From Chitinophagaceae bacterium (GTDB lineage Bacteria; Bacteroidota; Bacteroidia; Chitinophagales; Chitinophagaceae): a DNA stretch of 32,000 nt. Under the pieces are notes generated by a model. It saw only the letters and a program-made list of their open reading frames with translations, was not told the origin of the DNA and made no database searches. Position numbers and translations under genes: made by a program. Below, one piece after another: positions 1 to 10,500 of this stretch. The DNA lies in assembly GCA_040007815.1 (NCBI GenBank), contig JBDTUH010000006.1:267207-299206 (forward strand). Direction: 5' to 3'. Every line of letters begins with the position of its first letter. The first letter of the stretch is position 1.

Positions 1-2
1 AA

Positions 3-824
3 GAAACGGTGCCCATGATCGAAGCGGCAAGAAAGGAAGGAATTGAAGTCACCATTGATCAGTATCCTTATACCGCAAGCAGCACTTCCATCAGTACTCT
101 TATCCCCGATGAAATTTTAGCGGATGGACAGGATTCGATCAAAGCCCGTCTTGAAAGACCAGAAATAAAAAAATACGTGATCAGTGAAATGCTCCGTAAG
201 CTCAAGAAGAGAAAACTCAAACATTTCAGTTACGCAGTGGTAGCATATTATAAAATTGACACGACTTACAATGGTAAAAGCATTGAAGCGATCAACTTGC
301 TGAGAGGAAGAAAACACAAACCCAAAGCGGAAGCGGAAACCGTTATCGACATCATGATCAACGGAGGGGCCAGTGCGATATTTCATGGTATGAGTGAAGA
401 AGATGTAAAACGTATCATGCAATATCCTTTCAACATGTTTGCCAGCGATGCGAGTATCCGGATATTGAATGCAGGCATGCCGCATCCAAGAGGTTATGGT
501 ACCAATGCGAGAGTGTTGGGAAAATACGTAAGGGTAGAAAAAGTGATTTCCCTGGAAGAAGCTATTCGCAGAATGACTTCTTTACCGGCACAAAAATTTC
601 AGTTGCAGGACAGAGGCTTGTTAAGAACAGGCTATGCTGCGGACGTTGTGATCTTTGATGAAAAAGAAGTGACGGATATTTCTACATTTGAAAAACCTCA
701 TGCCTATTCTAAAGGCTTTCATTATGTCATAGTAAATGGGGTAGTAACCGTAGAAAATGAAAAGCACAATGGCAACCGGGCCGGTAAAGCATTATACGGC
801 CCCGGCTATCAGCAACACCAATAA
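3..824 (+). CDS. N-acyl-D-amino-acid deacylase (D-aminoacylase) family amidohydrolase, C-terminal part. The 5' end lies outside the window.
   Basis: The frame is open from the window edge. 'DQYPYTASSTS', 'FASDA...HPRGYGT', 'LEEAIRRMTSLPAQKF.L.DRG.L..G..ADVVIFD' and the C-terminal 'VIVNG' block match my memory of the D-aminoacylase C-terminal beta-sandwich/insert region. Confidence 0.8.
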   Translation, partial: ETVPMIEAARKEGIEVTIDQYPYTASSTSISTLIPDEILADGQDSIKARLERPEIKKYVISEMLRKLKKRKLKHFSYAVVAYYKIDTTYNGKSIEAINLLRGRKHKPKAEAETVIDIMINGGASAIFHGMSEEDVKRIMQYPFNMFASDASIRILNAGMPHPRGYGTNARVLGKYVRVEKVISLEEAIRRMTSLPAQKFQLQDRGLLRTGYAADVVIFDEKEVTDISTFEKPHAYSKGFHYVIVNGVVTVENEKHNGNRAGKALYGPGYQQHQ

Positions 825-859
825 GTCGGCATTATCCAATGTACAGATTCATGCAATTT

Positions 860-1318
860 CTAAAGATGAAAACTACTACTGCTTTTTGACTGTATCAGGA
901 ACTCTCTTAACAACATACTACCCTGCACATCTTTCTGCCAATTTTGCTTTTGCCATTGGCTGTATAATTGTTTTTGATGAAGAAGATTTGCTTTGAGAAA
1001 AGGCAACTGTTGAGAAGAAAAACTATTTATTAGTTCATCACCAGGCAAAGGAACAGATCTGAGAGAAGACAGGTCAATTACTGGTTGTTTTTCTTTTTTA
1101 AAATTAAACTGCAACGATTGCCAACCAGGATATTTCCGGTCTGTTTTATATAATACCGAATTCTTCGGCAATTGCTGTGCATTCCATCTTTGCTGTTCAG
1201 TTATCCGGTAACCTACAACCTGCCGCGGAGTCGGATTTTTTGGCAAACTCTGACTGTTGATAAAAGTGGTATTCAATAAACAAACACCACTACAGATAAA
1301 AAAAATAGTTCGTGGCAT
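860..1318 (-). CDS. Hypothetical secreted protein (152 aa), Gln/Lys-rich
   Basis: Has an ATG start and an N-terminal hydrophobic signal-like segment (FFICSGVCLLNTTFINSQS). It starts 18 bp downstream of the DoxX stop on the same strand. I recognised no family. Confidence 0.45.
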   Translation of the reverse strand: MPRTIFFICSGVCLLNTTFINSQSLPKNPTPRQVVGYRITEQQRWNAQQLPKNSVLYKTDRKYPGWQSLQFNFKKEKQPVIDLSSLRSVPLPGDELINSFSSQQLPFLKANLLHQKQLYSQWQKQNWQKDVQGSMLLREFLIQSKSSSSFHL

Positions 1319-1336
1319 AAAAAGGGTTTTAGTTTT

Positions 1337-1765
1337 CTATTTGTCGGACATCTTAACGGATAATGGCCCATTACCCGCGATCAAAAAATACATAAGCAAC
1401 AGCAATATCAATATGGAAAGAAGTAATTCCGAATACGGTCTTAGCATTTCTTTATTAGTGCTGACAAAGAAAATCGCTCCTATCAGTACAGGAATTTGTA
1501 TAAGGCAGGCGAAACGGGTCAACACGCCAAACGTCAGCAAGATGCCACCGAGTATATGAGCAAAGACTGTATAATGCCCGGCTAAGATATAAGTAAAAGA
1601 TCCGAAAGATGTTTGGGTCGACATCAGTGTAACGAGATCACTCATGTTGTTGAGAAAGTCAATTCCTTTGTAGATCAGGAATATTCCCAAAGCTATACGT
1701 ACAATATCCATCCATCTCGGGTGATGCCGGTCACCCCAATATTCAAGGCGATGCAGGAGGTCCAT
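1337..1765 (-). CDS. DoxX-family integral membrane protein
   Basis: 142 aa with about four hydrophobic helices. 'IVRIALGIFLIYKGIDF' and 'FAHILGGILLTFGVLTRFA..IQIPVL' resemble the DoxX/DoxD pattern. Confidence 0.7.
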   Translation of the reverse strand: MDLLHRLEYWGDRHHPRWMDIVRIALGIFLIYKGIDFLNNMSDLVTLMSTQTSFGSFTYILAGHYTVFAHILGGILLTFGVLTRFACLIQIPVLIGAIFFVSTNKEMLRPYSELLLSILILLLLMYFLIAGNGPLSVKMSDK

Positions 1766-1963
1766 ATTGTAAAATTTTAAGTAAGAAATAAAGAACTGTC
1801 TTAAAGTTACAGCTATTCTTTCAGTTTTTTTATCACAAAATTTATGGGGAGTGCCGCTTTGGCTTTTATTCCGGTCACAGGTGAACGAAGACAGACACCG
1901 CTATATATTCCTGTGTTTATCGCTGTTTATCAGCGTTTAAATTATTCTTAGCCGTGTGCTGAA

Positions 1964-3550
1964 TTACTCTTTTCTTTTTGGTATTCCTCTTATCCGGTAC
2001 TCCTGTATCAGCGGGGGATTTTCAGGTGATAATGTGAAATAGATACTGATATCTGCATTTTCTCCTTCGATGATAAAAGATCCCCTTAATTGATTCTCCG
2101 GTTTCATTTCTTTTACTGAAATGATCTTTCCGGCTTTTTCAAACAACTCTTTAGTCTGCTTCTTCAAACTATCGATGGGATAATCAGGAAAAAAATTCTC
2201 TGCGAAAATGTCGCTTTGCTCCGCATTGTTCCAGCCTGGTAACAAATTAACGAGTTCATTTTTTCTCTTTTCAAGAATGGCGGAAGGAGGAAGTTGCGCG
2301 GGTTGCAGACCCGCAATATTTATGATAGTTTCCAGCACCTGGAGATTTATGTCATTAAAGCCAGCATAAGTACGGTTGGCTAATGCCACCACCCCAATCC
2401 GATAATCAGGCATTATTCTCCATTGGCTCCCAAATCCCGGCAGCCCACCACTATGCATGATATAGACCCGATCGTTACAATCTCTTATCCATCTTAAGCC
2501 ATAGCAGTAAGCCGTTGCCACAGCACATGTTCTCCCGTCAGGATATTTGTTAGTAATATTCAATCCGTTAAATCGCCAGGGATGATGCATTTCCCTTATC
2601 GAACTTCTTTTTACAGGCCCTGTTTCTTTTGCATTATTGGGAGGCCATGCGGAAAGATGCAATGCCATGTAGTTGGCAAACTCTTCAATTGAACTAATCA
2701 TACTGCCCATCGCACCCCATGAACCATCCGGTGTATCGTGTAGCAATTGTTCTTCATTCCATTTTTCATTCAGCCAACGGTAGCCGTGGGCCAGTTTACC
2801 CGGTGCTACATTAGCGTATTCCCATTCAGAAGTTTTCATGCCAAGGGGTTTCCAGATATTATCCCGGATATAATCCTGGAAACGTTTACCTGACACTACA
2901 GTAATGATCTTGCCCAATAAGGCGAATCCAAGATTACTGTATTCATAAGCGAAACCCGTCGGATTGGAAAAGCTGACATGGTTTTTTAGAAATTCTATAA
3001 ATTCTTTGTCGTTATCCGCCAGTTGACGATCGCCCCATGGATTGTCTTCCGGGAAACCCGCACCATGCGTGAGTAAATGACGAATAGTGATTACAGGTGC
3101 GTCAGCGGTTGGGTATTGAAAGTTTTTTAATTCAGGTATATAACGATAGGCAGGGTCATCAAGGTTTAGTTTTCCCTCATCCCGTAATTTTAGAATTGCC
3201 ATGGCGGTAAAACTTTTGCTCATGGATGCTATCCTGAATAAGGATGAAGACGTAACGGGAATTTTCTTTTCGATGTCCGTATATCCATAGTTCCCGGTGT
3301 ACACCAGTTTACCATCTACGACTATTCCAAAAGCAAGTCCGGGAAAATGATTTTCTATCGCGGCTTTCTTATAAATACTGTCAATAACCGGAAAAGATTT
3401 TTTTATTTTATCCATTCTTTCAGGATCGGTAAACACAGCCGGTTTATACGATGGATCGTACAAAACTTTTTCCTGTGCCGACAAGGATTTATCAAAATAA
3501 AAAACGGAAAGAGTGAGGGATATAAATAAAAAGAAAGATTGTTTCTTCAT
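1964..3550 (-). CDS. Serine hydrolase of the beta-lactamase/transpeptidase-like fold (class C-related esterase/peptidase family) with an extra C-terminal domain
   Basis: Signal peptide MKKQSFFLFISLTLSVF. SxxK nucleophile motif 'SMSKSF' and YxN motif 'YEYSNLGF'. At 528 aa it carries about 150 aa beyond the catalytic domain. Confidence 0.85.
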   Translation of the reverse strand: MKKQSFFLFISLTLSVFYFDKSLSAQEKVLYDPSYKPAVFTDPERMDKIKKSFPVIDSIYKKAAIENHFPGLAFGIVVDGKLVYTGNYGYTDIEKKIPVTSSSLFRIASMSKSFTAMAILKLRDEGKLNLDDPAYRYIPELKNFQYPTADAPVITIRHLLTHGAGFPEDNPWGDRQLADNDKEFIEFLKNHVSFSNPTGFAYEYSNLGFALLGKIITVVSGKRFQDYIRDNIWKPLGMKTSEWEYANVAPGKLAHGYRWLNEKWNEEQLLHDTPDGSWGAMGSMISSIEEFANYMALHLSAWPPNNAKETGPVKRSSIREMHHPWRFNGLNITNKYPDGRTCAVATAYCYGLRWIRDCNDRVYIMHSGGLPGFGSQWRIMPDYRIGVVALANRTYAGFNDINLQVLETIINIAGLQPAQLPPSAILEKRKNELVNLLPGWNNAEQSDIFAENFFPDYPIDSLKKQTKELFEKAGKIISVKEMKPENQLRGSFIIEGENADISIYFTLSPENPPLIQEYRIRGIPKRKE

Positions 3551-3559
3551 GTGTCACTT

Positions 3560-4975
3560 TTAGACAACTAAAGTTGCCGTGCTTTTTTGTTTACGAAAAG
3601 GTTGTTTTCTCCAGTAGGTCAGGCTTCGCCAGCACCACTCCAGCGGACCAAAACGAAAATAGCGCAACCAAATATTACTCCAAATAATTTCAATGGACCA
3701 AACCACCAGCACTACATAATATATTTCATGCCGCTCCAACTTACCGAACATTCCAAACCCTACTCCGTAAAAATATAACCCGCAAAGCAATGATTGCCCG
3801 AGGTAATTAGTAAAAGCCATTTGGCCAACCGGACGCATCAGTGCGAACAACCATTTAAAAAAACCTGATTTATAGAGTAGCATGAGCAGTCCTAATATTC
3901 CGATTGATCTGAGAGTGCGTGATAATTCATAAAAGTCAAAAGAGCTTTTCTTCGTGTATTCAAACCAGTTGAACCGGGTATCGATCATCGGCTGAAGGCG
4001 TAAATAGGATAACGTTAAGCCTATACCCAATCCGACAATACACATCCACCAATAGGTTTTAACCGGCGCCTGCCCTGTTAATATTCCCATTTTGAAAAAT
4101 GCCATGCCCAGGAACATAAATAGCAGAACGTCCCAGACGCCAAAAAAAAGATATCGGACCAGCGTATTGACATAGACATCCGTTCTTTGCTGGTACAATT
4201 CTTCATAACTGCCCGTCGTTTTCCGGATCACTTTCTCCATGCGGTTTAGCTTGCTTTTATGAGTGCTTCTTTCTTTAAAATCAAGCATGGCTCCCAATTC
4301 GTCTTTTTGAGTATCGTTCAGTTTGGTCCTGGTTGTATCTATCGCAGCCGCTATCTCGCCTTTATAGATCATTACTTTATCCCGGTACAGATCCGCATTT
4401 TCCCTGGCCAAAGAAAAGAGGAAACAAAGACTGGCCCCGATCAGCAAACGTTTCGGTGATAAATTACGAAAAGCGAACATAACCATTCCGAGGCAGGCGT
4501 AGTCCAATAAGATATCGCCAAACCATAAAAGGATAAAGACATCAATCAATGAAAACACCATTAACCAAAGCTGTCGCCGGAAGAAATAGTCTGCCGGCAA
4601 CATGCCCCCTGTCCTTTTTTCCTTTCCATTGATGAAAAGAATAATGCCGGCGCCGAATAACATGGAAAAAATGGCCCGTTGGGTTCCTTCCGGGAACCAA
4701 TCTACAAAATGCCAGACTTTGAAATTGATTGTCCCGAATTCATTCAGTATGGAAGGATCGCCGGCACTGTTCGGCATGGCGAATCCTGGAATATTCATGA
4801 GTAATATGCCCAATATTGCAAACCCTCTGAGGCTATCAAGAATAATGATACGTTCCGACTGATCAACCGGCGCCGCCAGGGCTTGTCGCATTTCTGTGGG
4901 GGATGACATATTGGTTTTGTTTTGGCAGTGAGCAGGAAGGGCGGTTGCGTTCGCGGGGCTGGAGTTGTCAAACAA
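3560..4975 (-). CDS. DUF418/YeiB-like polytopic membrane protein
   Basis: 'LDSLRGFAILGILLMNI' at the N-terminus and 'PVGQMAFTNYLGQS....FGPLEWCWRSLTYW' at the C-terminus are the hallmark YeiB/DUF418 blocks. Its stop is 9 bp from the serine-hydrolase start, so the two are probably co-transcribed. A start at Met23 (nt 4909) is an alternative. Confidence 0.85.
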   Translation of the reverse strand: MFDNSSPANATALPAHCQNKTNMSSPTEMRQALAAPVDQSERIIILDSLRGFAILGILLMNIPGFAMPNSAGDPSILNEFGTINFKVWHFVDWFPEGTQRAIFSMLFGAGIILFINGKEKRTGGMLPADYFFRRQLWLMVFSLIDVFILLWFGDILLDYACLGMVMFAFRNLSPKRLLIGASLCFLFSLARENADLYRDKVMIYKGEIAAAIDTTRTKLNDTQKDELGAMLDFKERSTHKSKLNRMEKVIRKTTGSYEELYQQRTDVYVNTLVRYLFFGVWDVLLFMFLGMAFFKMGILTGQAPVKTYWWMCIVGLGIGLTLSYLRLQPMIDTRFNWFEYTKKSSFDFYELSRTLRSIGILGLLMLLYKSGFFKWLFALMRPVGQMAFTNYLGQSLLCGLYFYGVGFGMFGKLERHEIYYVVLVVWSIEIIWSNIWLRYFRFGPLEWCWRSLTYWRKQPFRKQKSTATLVV

Positions 4976-5232
4976 GATAATTCTTTCCGTTCATTATTAT
5001 CGAACCGGCCTTTATTTTTTTGCCCTGTAAAGAACACATTACCAATAACAACTCATTAATATATCTTCCTAAATAGATAATGCAATTTTTGTTAAATTGA
5101 TCTCTTCTATCTTTTTAGAATGTACTATATTTAGAAACAGTTCAATCAAACCTAACCTATACTGTTCCGCATTATTGAAATTTTTATCCGGCCCAGGTTG
5201 AAAAGCAAGTTTTTGTTAACTGCATAATCACC

Positions 5233-7551
5233 ATGAGAGATAGCCATTCTTTTAAATTGCAAAAGAGATTTGCCGGAATATGCTGTATTTACTGCAGTTT
5301 ATTTTTCTTGCTTTCGGTGTCCGTACAGGCCCAGAATAACCTTGAAACCGGGCTTCCTTTTATCACTAACTACCTCGCCAAAAATTACAAGGCCATCCCG
5401 CAAACCTGGTGCATTCAACAGGATGACCGGGGTATTATGTATTTCGGCACTCAAAATTATATACTGGAATTTGATGGCGTAAAATGGAGAAAAATAGCGC
5501 CGGTAAACATTACCCCCACTACCATTTTTCGCTCATTGGTAAGATATAAAGATGGGGTGATCTATTATGGCTCCTATGGAGATTTAGGATACCTCGACAA
5601 AGACAGTCTCGGACAAACAAGAACCCAATCTTTGCTGGAAATTATCCCTGCCGCTAATCGAAATTTTTTAGATGTCTGGACAACTTATGCAGCGGACAAG
5701 GATATCTATTTTCAATCCCGCGAATACATATTCCGTTTAGGCGAAAAAAAATCAGATGGCAAGAGGGACGTCAAGGTTTGGAAACCTGCAAGTAAGTTCA
5801 TGTATGCGTTCTACGTTGACGGCGATTATTATGTTCACCAACAGGGATTAGGTCTTTACAAAATGACCAACGATTCCCTTGTGTTAGTACCAGGAAGTGA
5901 ATTCCTGGGCAAAGAAAGAATGCAGATCCTGTTACCCTTTACGGCGGGGATTAATGGAGAGAAACAATGGCTGGTTGGAATGTTCTATAGCGGCCTCTAC
6001 ATCTACAACGGTAAAACATTTCGTCCATTTCCTACCGGGGCTGATGCTATTATCAAATCGGGCACACTCTTATATAAAGGCGTGAAATTGAAAAATGGGA
6101 ATTATGCATTATCTACGACAGGAAGGGGACTTGTAATAATAGATTCGGTTGGAAAACAGGTTCAAAAAATCAACCGGGATGTCGGATTACAAGATGAATC
6201 CATTTATTCAATATACGAGGATAATAAAGCCACTTTGTGGCTGGCACTTGACAATGGAATATCGAGGGTGGAAACGGCTTCGCCACTGACGCAATTTACT
6301 CTTCAATCGGGAATAAATACCGGTGTGCTTTCTATTCAAAGGTTCAATGGAACCATTTATTTAGGTACTTCTAATGGATTACTGGCGTATGATAACACCA
6401 CAAGTCGTTTTGAACCTGTGCCAGGCATTTCTCAAAACCAGATATTCGCAATCGTGCCGGATGGCGATGAATTACTGGTGTCCGCTGATGGACTCTTTGG
6501 CATAAAAAATAAAAAAGCTTTCACCATCCGGCCTTCGGTAAGTGGCGACCTATCCTTAACATCACTTTACATATCGAAGAAACATCCTGAGATATTGTTG
6601 GGAGGTGGTCAATTTGGCGTGGTGATCTTTACAAAAGAAAAAAGTACCGGCAAATGGCATTTTGAAGGAGATATTCCCGGCATTCCCGAACAGATATGGT
6701 CTTTAACAGAAAATAAAGATGGCTCAATATGGGCCGGATCGGCGAATGGAATAACCTATAGGCTCACCCTTGCCTTTAATGAAAACGGCAGTCTCGTGCC
6801 GGGAAAGACAATCGTAAAAGAGTTTGGACCGGCGCAGGGTTTTAAAGGAGCTGGATTCGCCTCGTCCATTAAAGAAACAAGTTATTTCGTAGCTGATTCC
6901 GCTCTTTACACATTTGATGAAAACAAAAATGAGTTTGTACCTGATACTACGTTCGGAAAGTTTGTTAAGGGAGGGGCTGCGGTCGAATTTTGGATGGCCG
7001 ATGACCCGCAGGGAAGGGTTTGGATGAGAATTGGAAAAGAAACGGTACTGCTGGTTCCCAAACCGGGCGGCGGATACGAGGCGCAAAATAACCGGTTAAA
7101 TTCATTAGCAGACTATAACGTAGGAACACTCTATCCTGAAAAAAATGGCATCCTTTGGATATGTACTACGGACGGATTAATCCGCTATGATGAAAATCTT
7201 GAAAAAAACGAAGACCCCTCTTTTAAAACAATTTTACGGCATATCAGTGCGGGAAAGACAATACTTACTACAGATTCAACGGATAGCAAAAAGACATTAT
7301 CCTACAATAACAACTCATTGCGTTTCGAATACGCCGCTCCTTTTTTCTACCAGGAAAATAAAACCCAATACCAGACATGGCTTGAGGGTTTTGATAAAAG
7401 CTGGTCTGAACTCGATAATAATTATTACAAGGAATACACCAACCTGCCCGTGGGCAAATACAGGTTTCATGTAAGAGCGGTGAATATTTATGGTAACCAG
7501 GGTGAGGAGGCGGTTTACAGTTTTGAAGTTTTACCGCCCTGGTATCTTACC
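5233..7551 (+). other. Extracytoplasmic sensor region of the kinase: signal peptide plus two-component-regulator beta-propeller repeats and a Y_Y_Y domain
   Basis: Signal-like 'ICCIYCSLFFLLSVSVQAQN'. Recurring propeller-repeat signatures 'IYSIYEDNKATLWLALDNGISRV', 'IWSLTENKDGSIWAGSANGI' and 'VGTLYPEKNGILWICTTDGLIRYD'. Y_Y_Y-type block 'YQTWLEGFDKSWSEL..NYYKEYTNLPVGKYRFHVRAVN..G'. This is the architecture known from Bacteroides HTCS sensors. Confidence 0.8.
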
Positions 7552-10500
7552 TGGTGGGCTTTTTTATTGTACGCGTTAGCAGTTGCTGCCATTATCTATT
7601 TCCTTGTGCGCTGGCGCACCCGGCAATTGCATGAAAAACATCGTGAACTGGAAAAAACCGTTGCGACCCGTACCTCGGAATTAAGTCACCGGGTAGAGGA
7701 GTTGGCCGTGATCAACAGCGTACAGGAAGGACTGGTAAAAGAAATGGGCATCCAGGATATTTATGACCTGGTAGGTGAAAAGATACGTACGATATTCAAT
7801 GCACAGGTGATTGACATTGTAACCTACGACCCGAAGACCAATTTGATGGAGGATCGCTATGCTTATGAAAAAGGTGACCGTACGTTATTAGGCGCACGAG
7901 CTCCACAGGGATTCAGGAAATATGTGATAGAAAGTAAACAGGTACAGGTTATCAATGAAGGCATTCAAAAAAGAATGCAGGAATTTGACAATAAGGTATT
8001 GCTGGGTGAGCAATCAAAATCGGTATTATTTGTACCACTCATCACCGGCGGTGAAGTGAGGGGAATTATCAGTTTACAGGACATTGATAAGGAACATGCT
8101 TTTTCGGATTCAGATGTTAGTTTGCTGACAACCCTAGCCAATAGTATGAGCGTGGCGTTGGAAAGTGCCCGTCGTTTTGATGAAACCAATCGGTTGCTGA
8201 AAGAAACGGAACAACGCAATGCGGAGCTGGCTGTTATTAATAGTGTACAGGACGGATTGGTCCGTGAAATGGATATTCAAGGCATTTATTATCTCGTAGG
8301 TGAAAAGATCCGGGAAATTTTTGATGCACAGGTCATTGATATTGTTACTTACGATCGGAAGACAAACCTCATCGACGACAAGTATGCTTATGAAAAAGGA
8401 GACCGGACACTACTTGATCCCAGGGAACCTAAAGGATTCAGGAAACATATTATCGAAACATGTGAGCAATTAGTTATTAATGAGAATGCAGAAGAAATAG
8501 GCAAGCAATACGATAACCAGGTGATGGTGGGTGAGCAGCCAAAATCATTGGTGATGGTTCCGATGATCACCGCTGGCCAGGTGACGGGGATTATAAGTTT
8601 GCAGAATGTAGATCACGACAACGCATTCTCCGATTCCAATGTAAGATTGATCAATACACTGGCCAACAGCATGAGTATAGCATTGGAAAGCGCCAGGCTG
8701 TTTGACGAGACCAAACGACTGTTAAAAGAAACCGAGCAACGCAATGCCGAACTGGCTGTTATTAATAGCGTACAGGACGGGTTGGTTAGAGAAATGAATA
8801 TACAGGGGATTTATGATCTCGTGGGTGAGAAGATCCGGGAAATTTTTGATGCGCAGGTGATTGATATTGTTACCTACGATCGCAAAACAAATATGATTGA
8901 AGACCGGTATTCGTATGAAAAAGGTGATAGAACATTATTAGGTAACCGGGAACCGAAAGGATTCAGAAAGGATGTAATTGATTCATTACAACCAATAGTT
9001 GTAAATGAAGGTCTCGAAAAACATTTCGATGTAAATAACCCGATAGTAGTTGGTGATTTCCCAAAATCAGTGGTGTTTGTACCCATGGTAGTAGCCGGGG
9101 AAATAAAAGGTGTTATCAGTCTTCAGAATATAGATCATGAACATGCTTTCACCGATTCGGATGTAAGCCTGCTTACTACTTTAGCCAACAGTATGAGTGT
9201 GGCCCTGGAAAGTGCCAGGCTCTTTGATGAAACCAATCGTTTACTAAAAGAAACAGAACAAAGAAATGCAGAGCTGGCGGTTATTAATAGTGTGCAGGAA
9301 AGCCTGGTAGCGCAAATGGATATGCAGGGTATTTATGAACTGGTAGGAGAGAAAATGAGAAATATCTTTAACGCCCAGGTTATTGATATCGTCATGTATG
9401 ATCGCAATACGAATCTTATTGAAGATAAATATTCGTATGAAAAAGGCGATAGAACTTTAGTAAAGCCAAGAGAACCTAAAGGATTCAGGAAACATGTTAT
9501 TGAAACAGGTGAAATGCTTTTGCACAATGAGAATGTGGAAGCCATTTCTAAACAATTCGATAATGAAGTGCTGATCGGTGAAATGGCCAAAGCACAAATT
9601 TTCTTCCCACTGATAGCGAGCGGAAAAGTAAATGGCATCATCAGCCTTCAAAATCTTGATCATGAAAATGCTTTCTCTGAATCTGATGTCAGCCTGATCA
9701 CCACCTTAGCCAATAGTATGAGCGTGGCATTGGAAAGCGCAAGGCTTTTTGACGAAACCAACCGTTTACTAAAAGAAACCGAACAACGCAATGCGGAGCT
9801 GGCTGTTATTAATAGTGTACAGGATGGATTGGTTCGTGAAATGGATATACAGGGTATCTATTACCTGGTAGGCGAAAAGATCCGTGAAATTTTTGATGCA
9901 CAAGTAATCGATATCGTTACTTATGACAGAAAAACAAACCGGATAGAAGACAAATATTCTTATGAAAAAGGCGACAGAACTTTAGTTGGCGCCAGGGAAC
10001 CCAGCGGATTCCGGAAACATATCATTGAAACGGGTGAACAATTAGTGATTAACGAGGATGCTGAAAAAGTAGGAGAAAAATATGGTAATAGAGTAATGGT
10101 AGGAGAAGTGCCAAAATCACTGGTATTGGTTCCAATGATTACTGCAGGACAGGTTTCAGGAATCATCAGTCTTCAGAACGTAGATCATGAACATGCTTTC
10201 ACTGATTCCAATGTAAGACTGATCAACACACTTGCGACCAGCATGAGTATCGCATTGGAAAGTGCAAGATTGTTTGATGAAACCAAACGCTTACTGAAGG
10301 AAACAGAGCAACGCAATGCAGAGTTAGGTGTTATCAATAGTGTGCAGGAAGGCTTGGTAAGAGAAATGGATATACAGGGCATTTATGAACTGGTAGGTGA
10401 AAAGATAAGAGAGATTTTCAATGCGCAGGTTATCGATATTGTTACGTACGATCGCACTACCAATCTTATTGAAGACAAATACGCTTTTGAAAAAGGTGAC

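Noticed and set aside
757-1559. Plus-strand ORFs 757-996 and 1257-1559
   Set aside because: The first overlaps the 3' end of the D-aminoacylase gene out of frame. The second is antisense to the DoxX gene. Neither has recognisable motifs.
1964-3550. Beta-lactamase as an antibiotic-resistance determinant
   Set aside because: Only the generic SxxK/YxN serine-hydrolase motifs are present, and the protein has a large extra C-terminal domain. This family is mostly esterases and peptidases, so a resistance function cannot be inferred from sequence alone.
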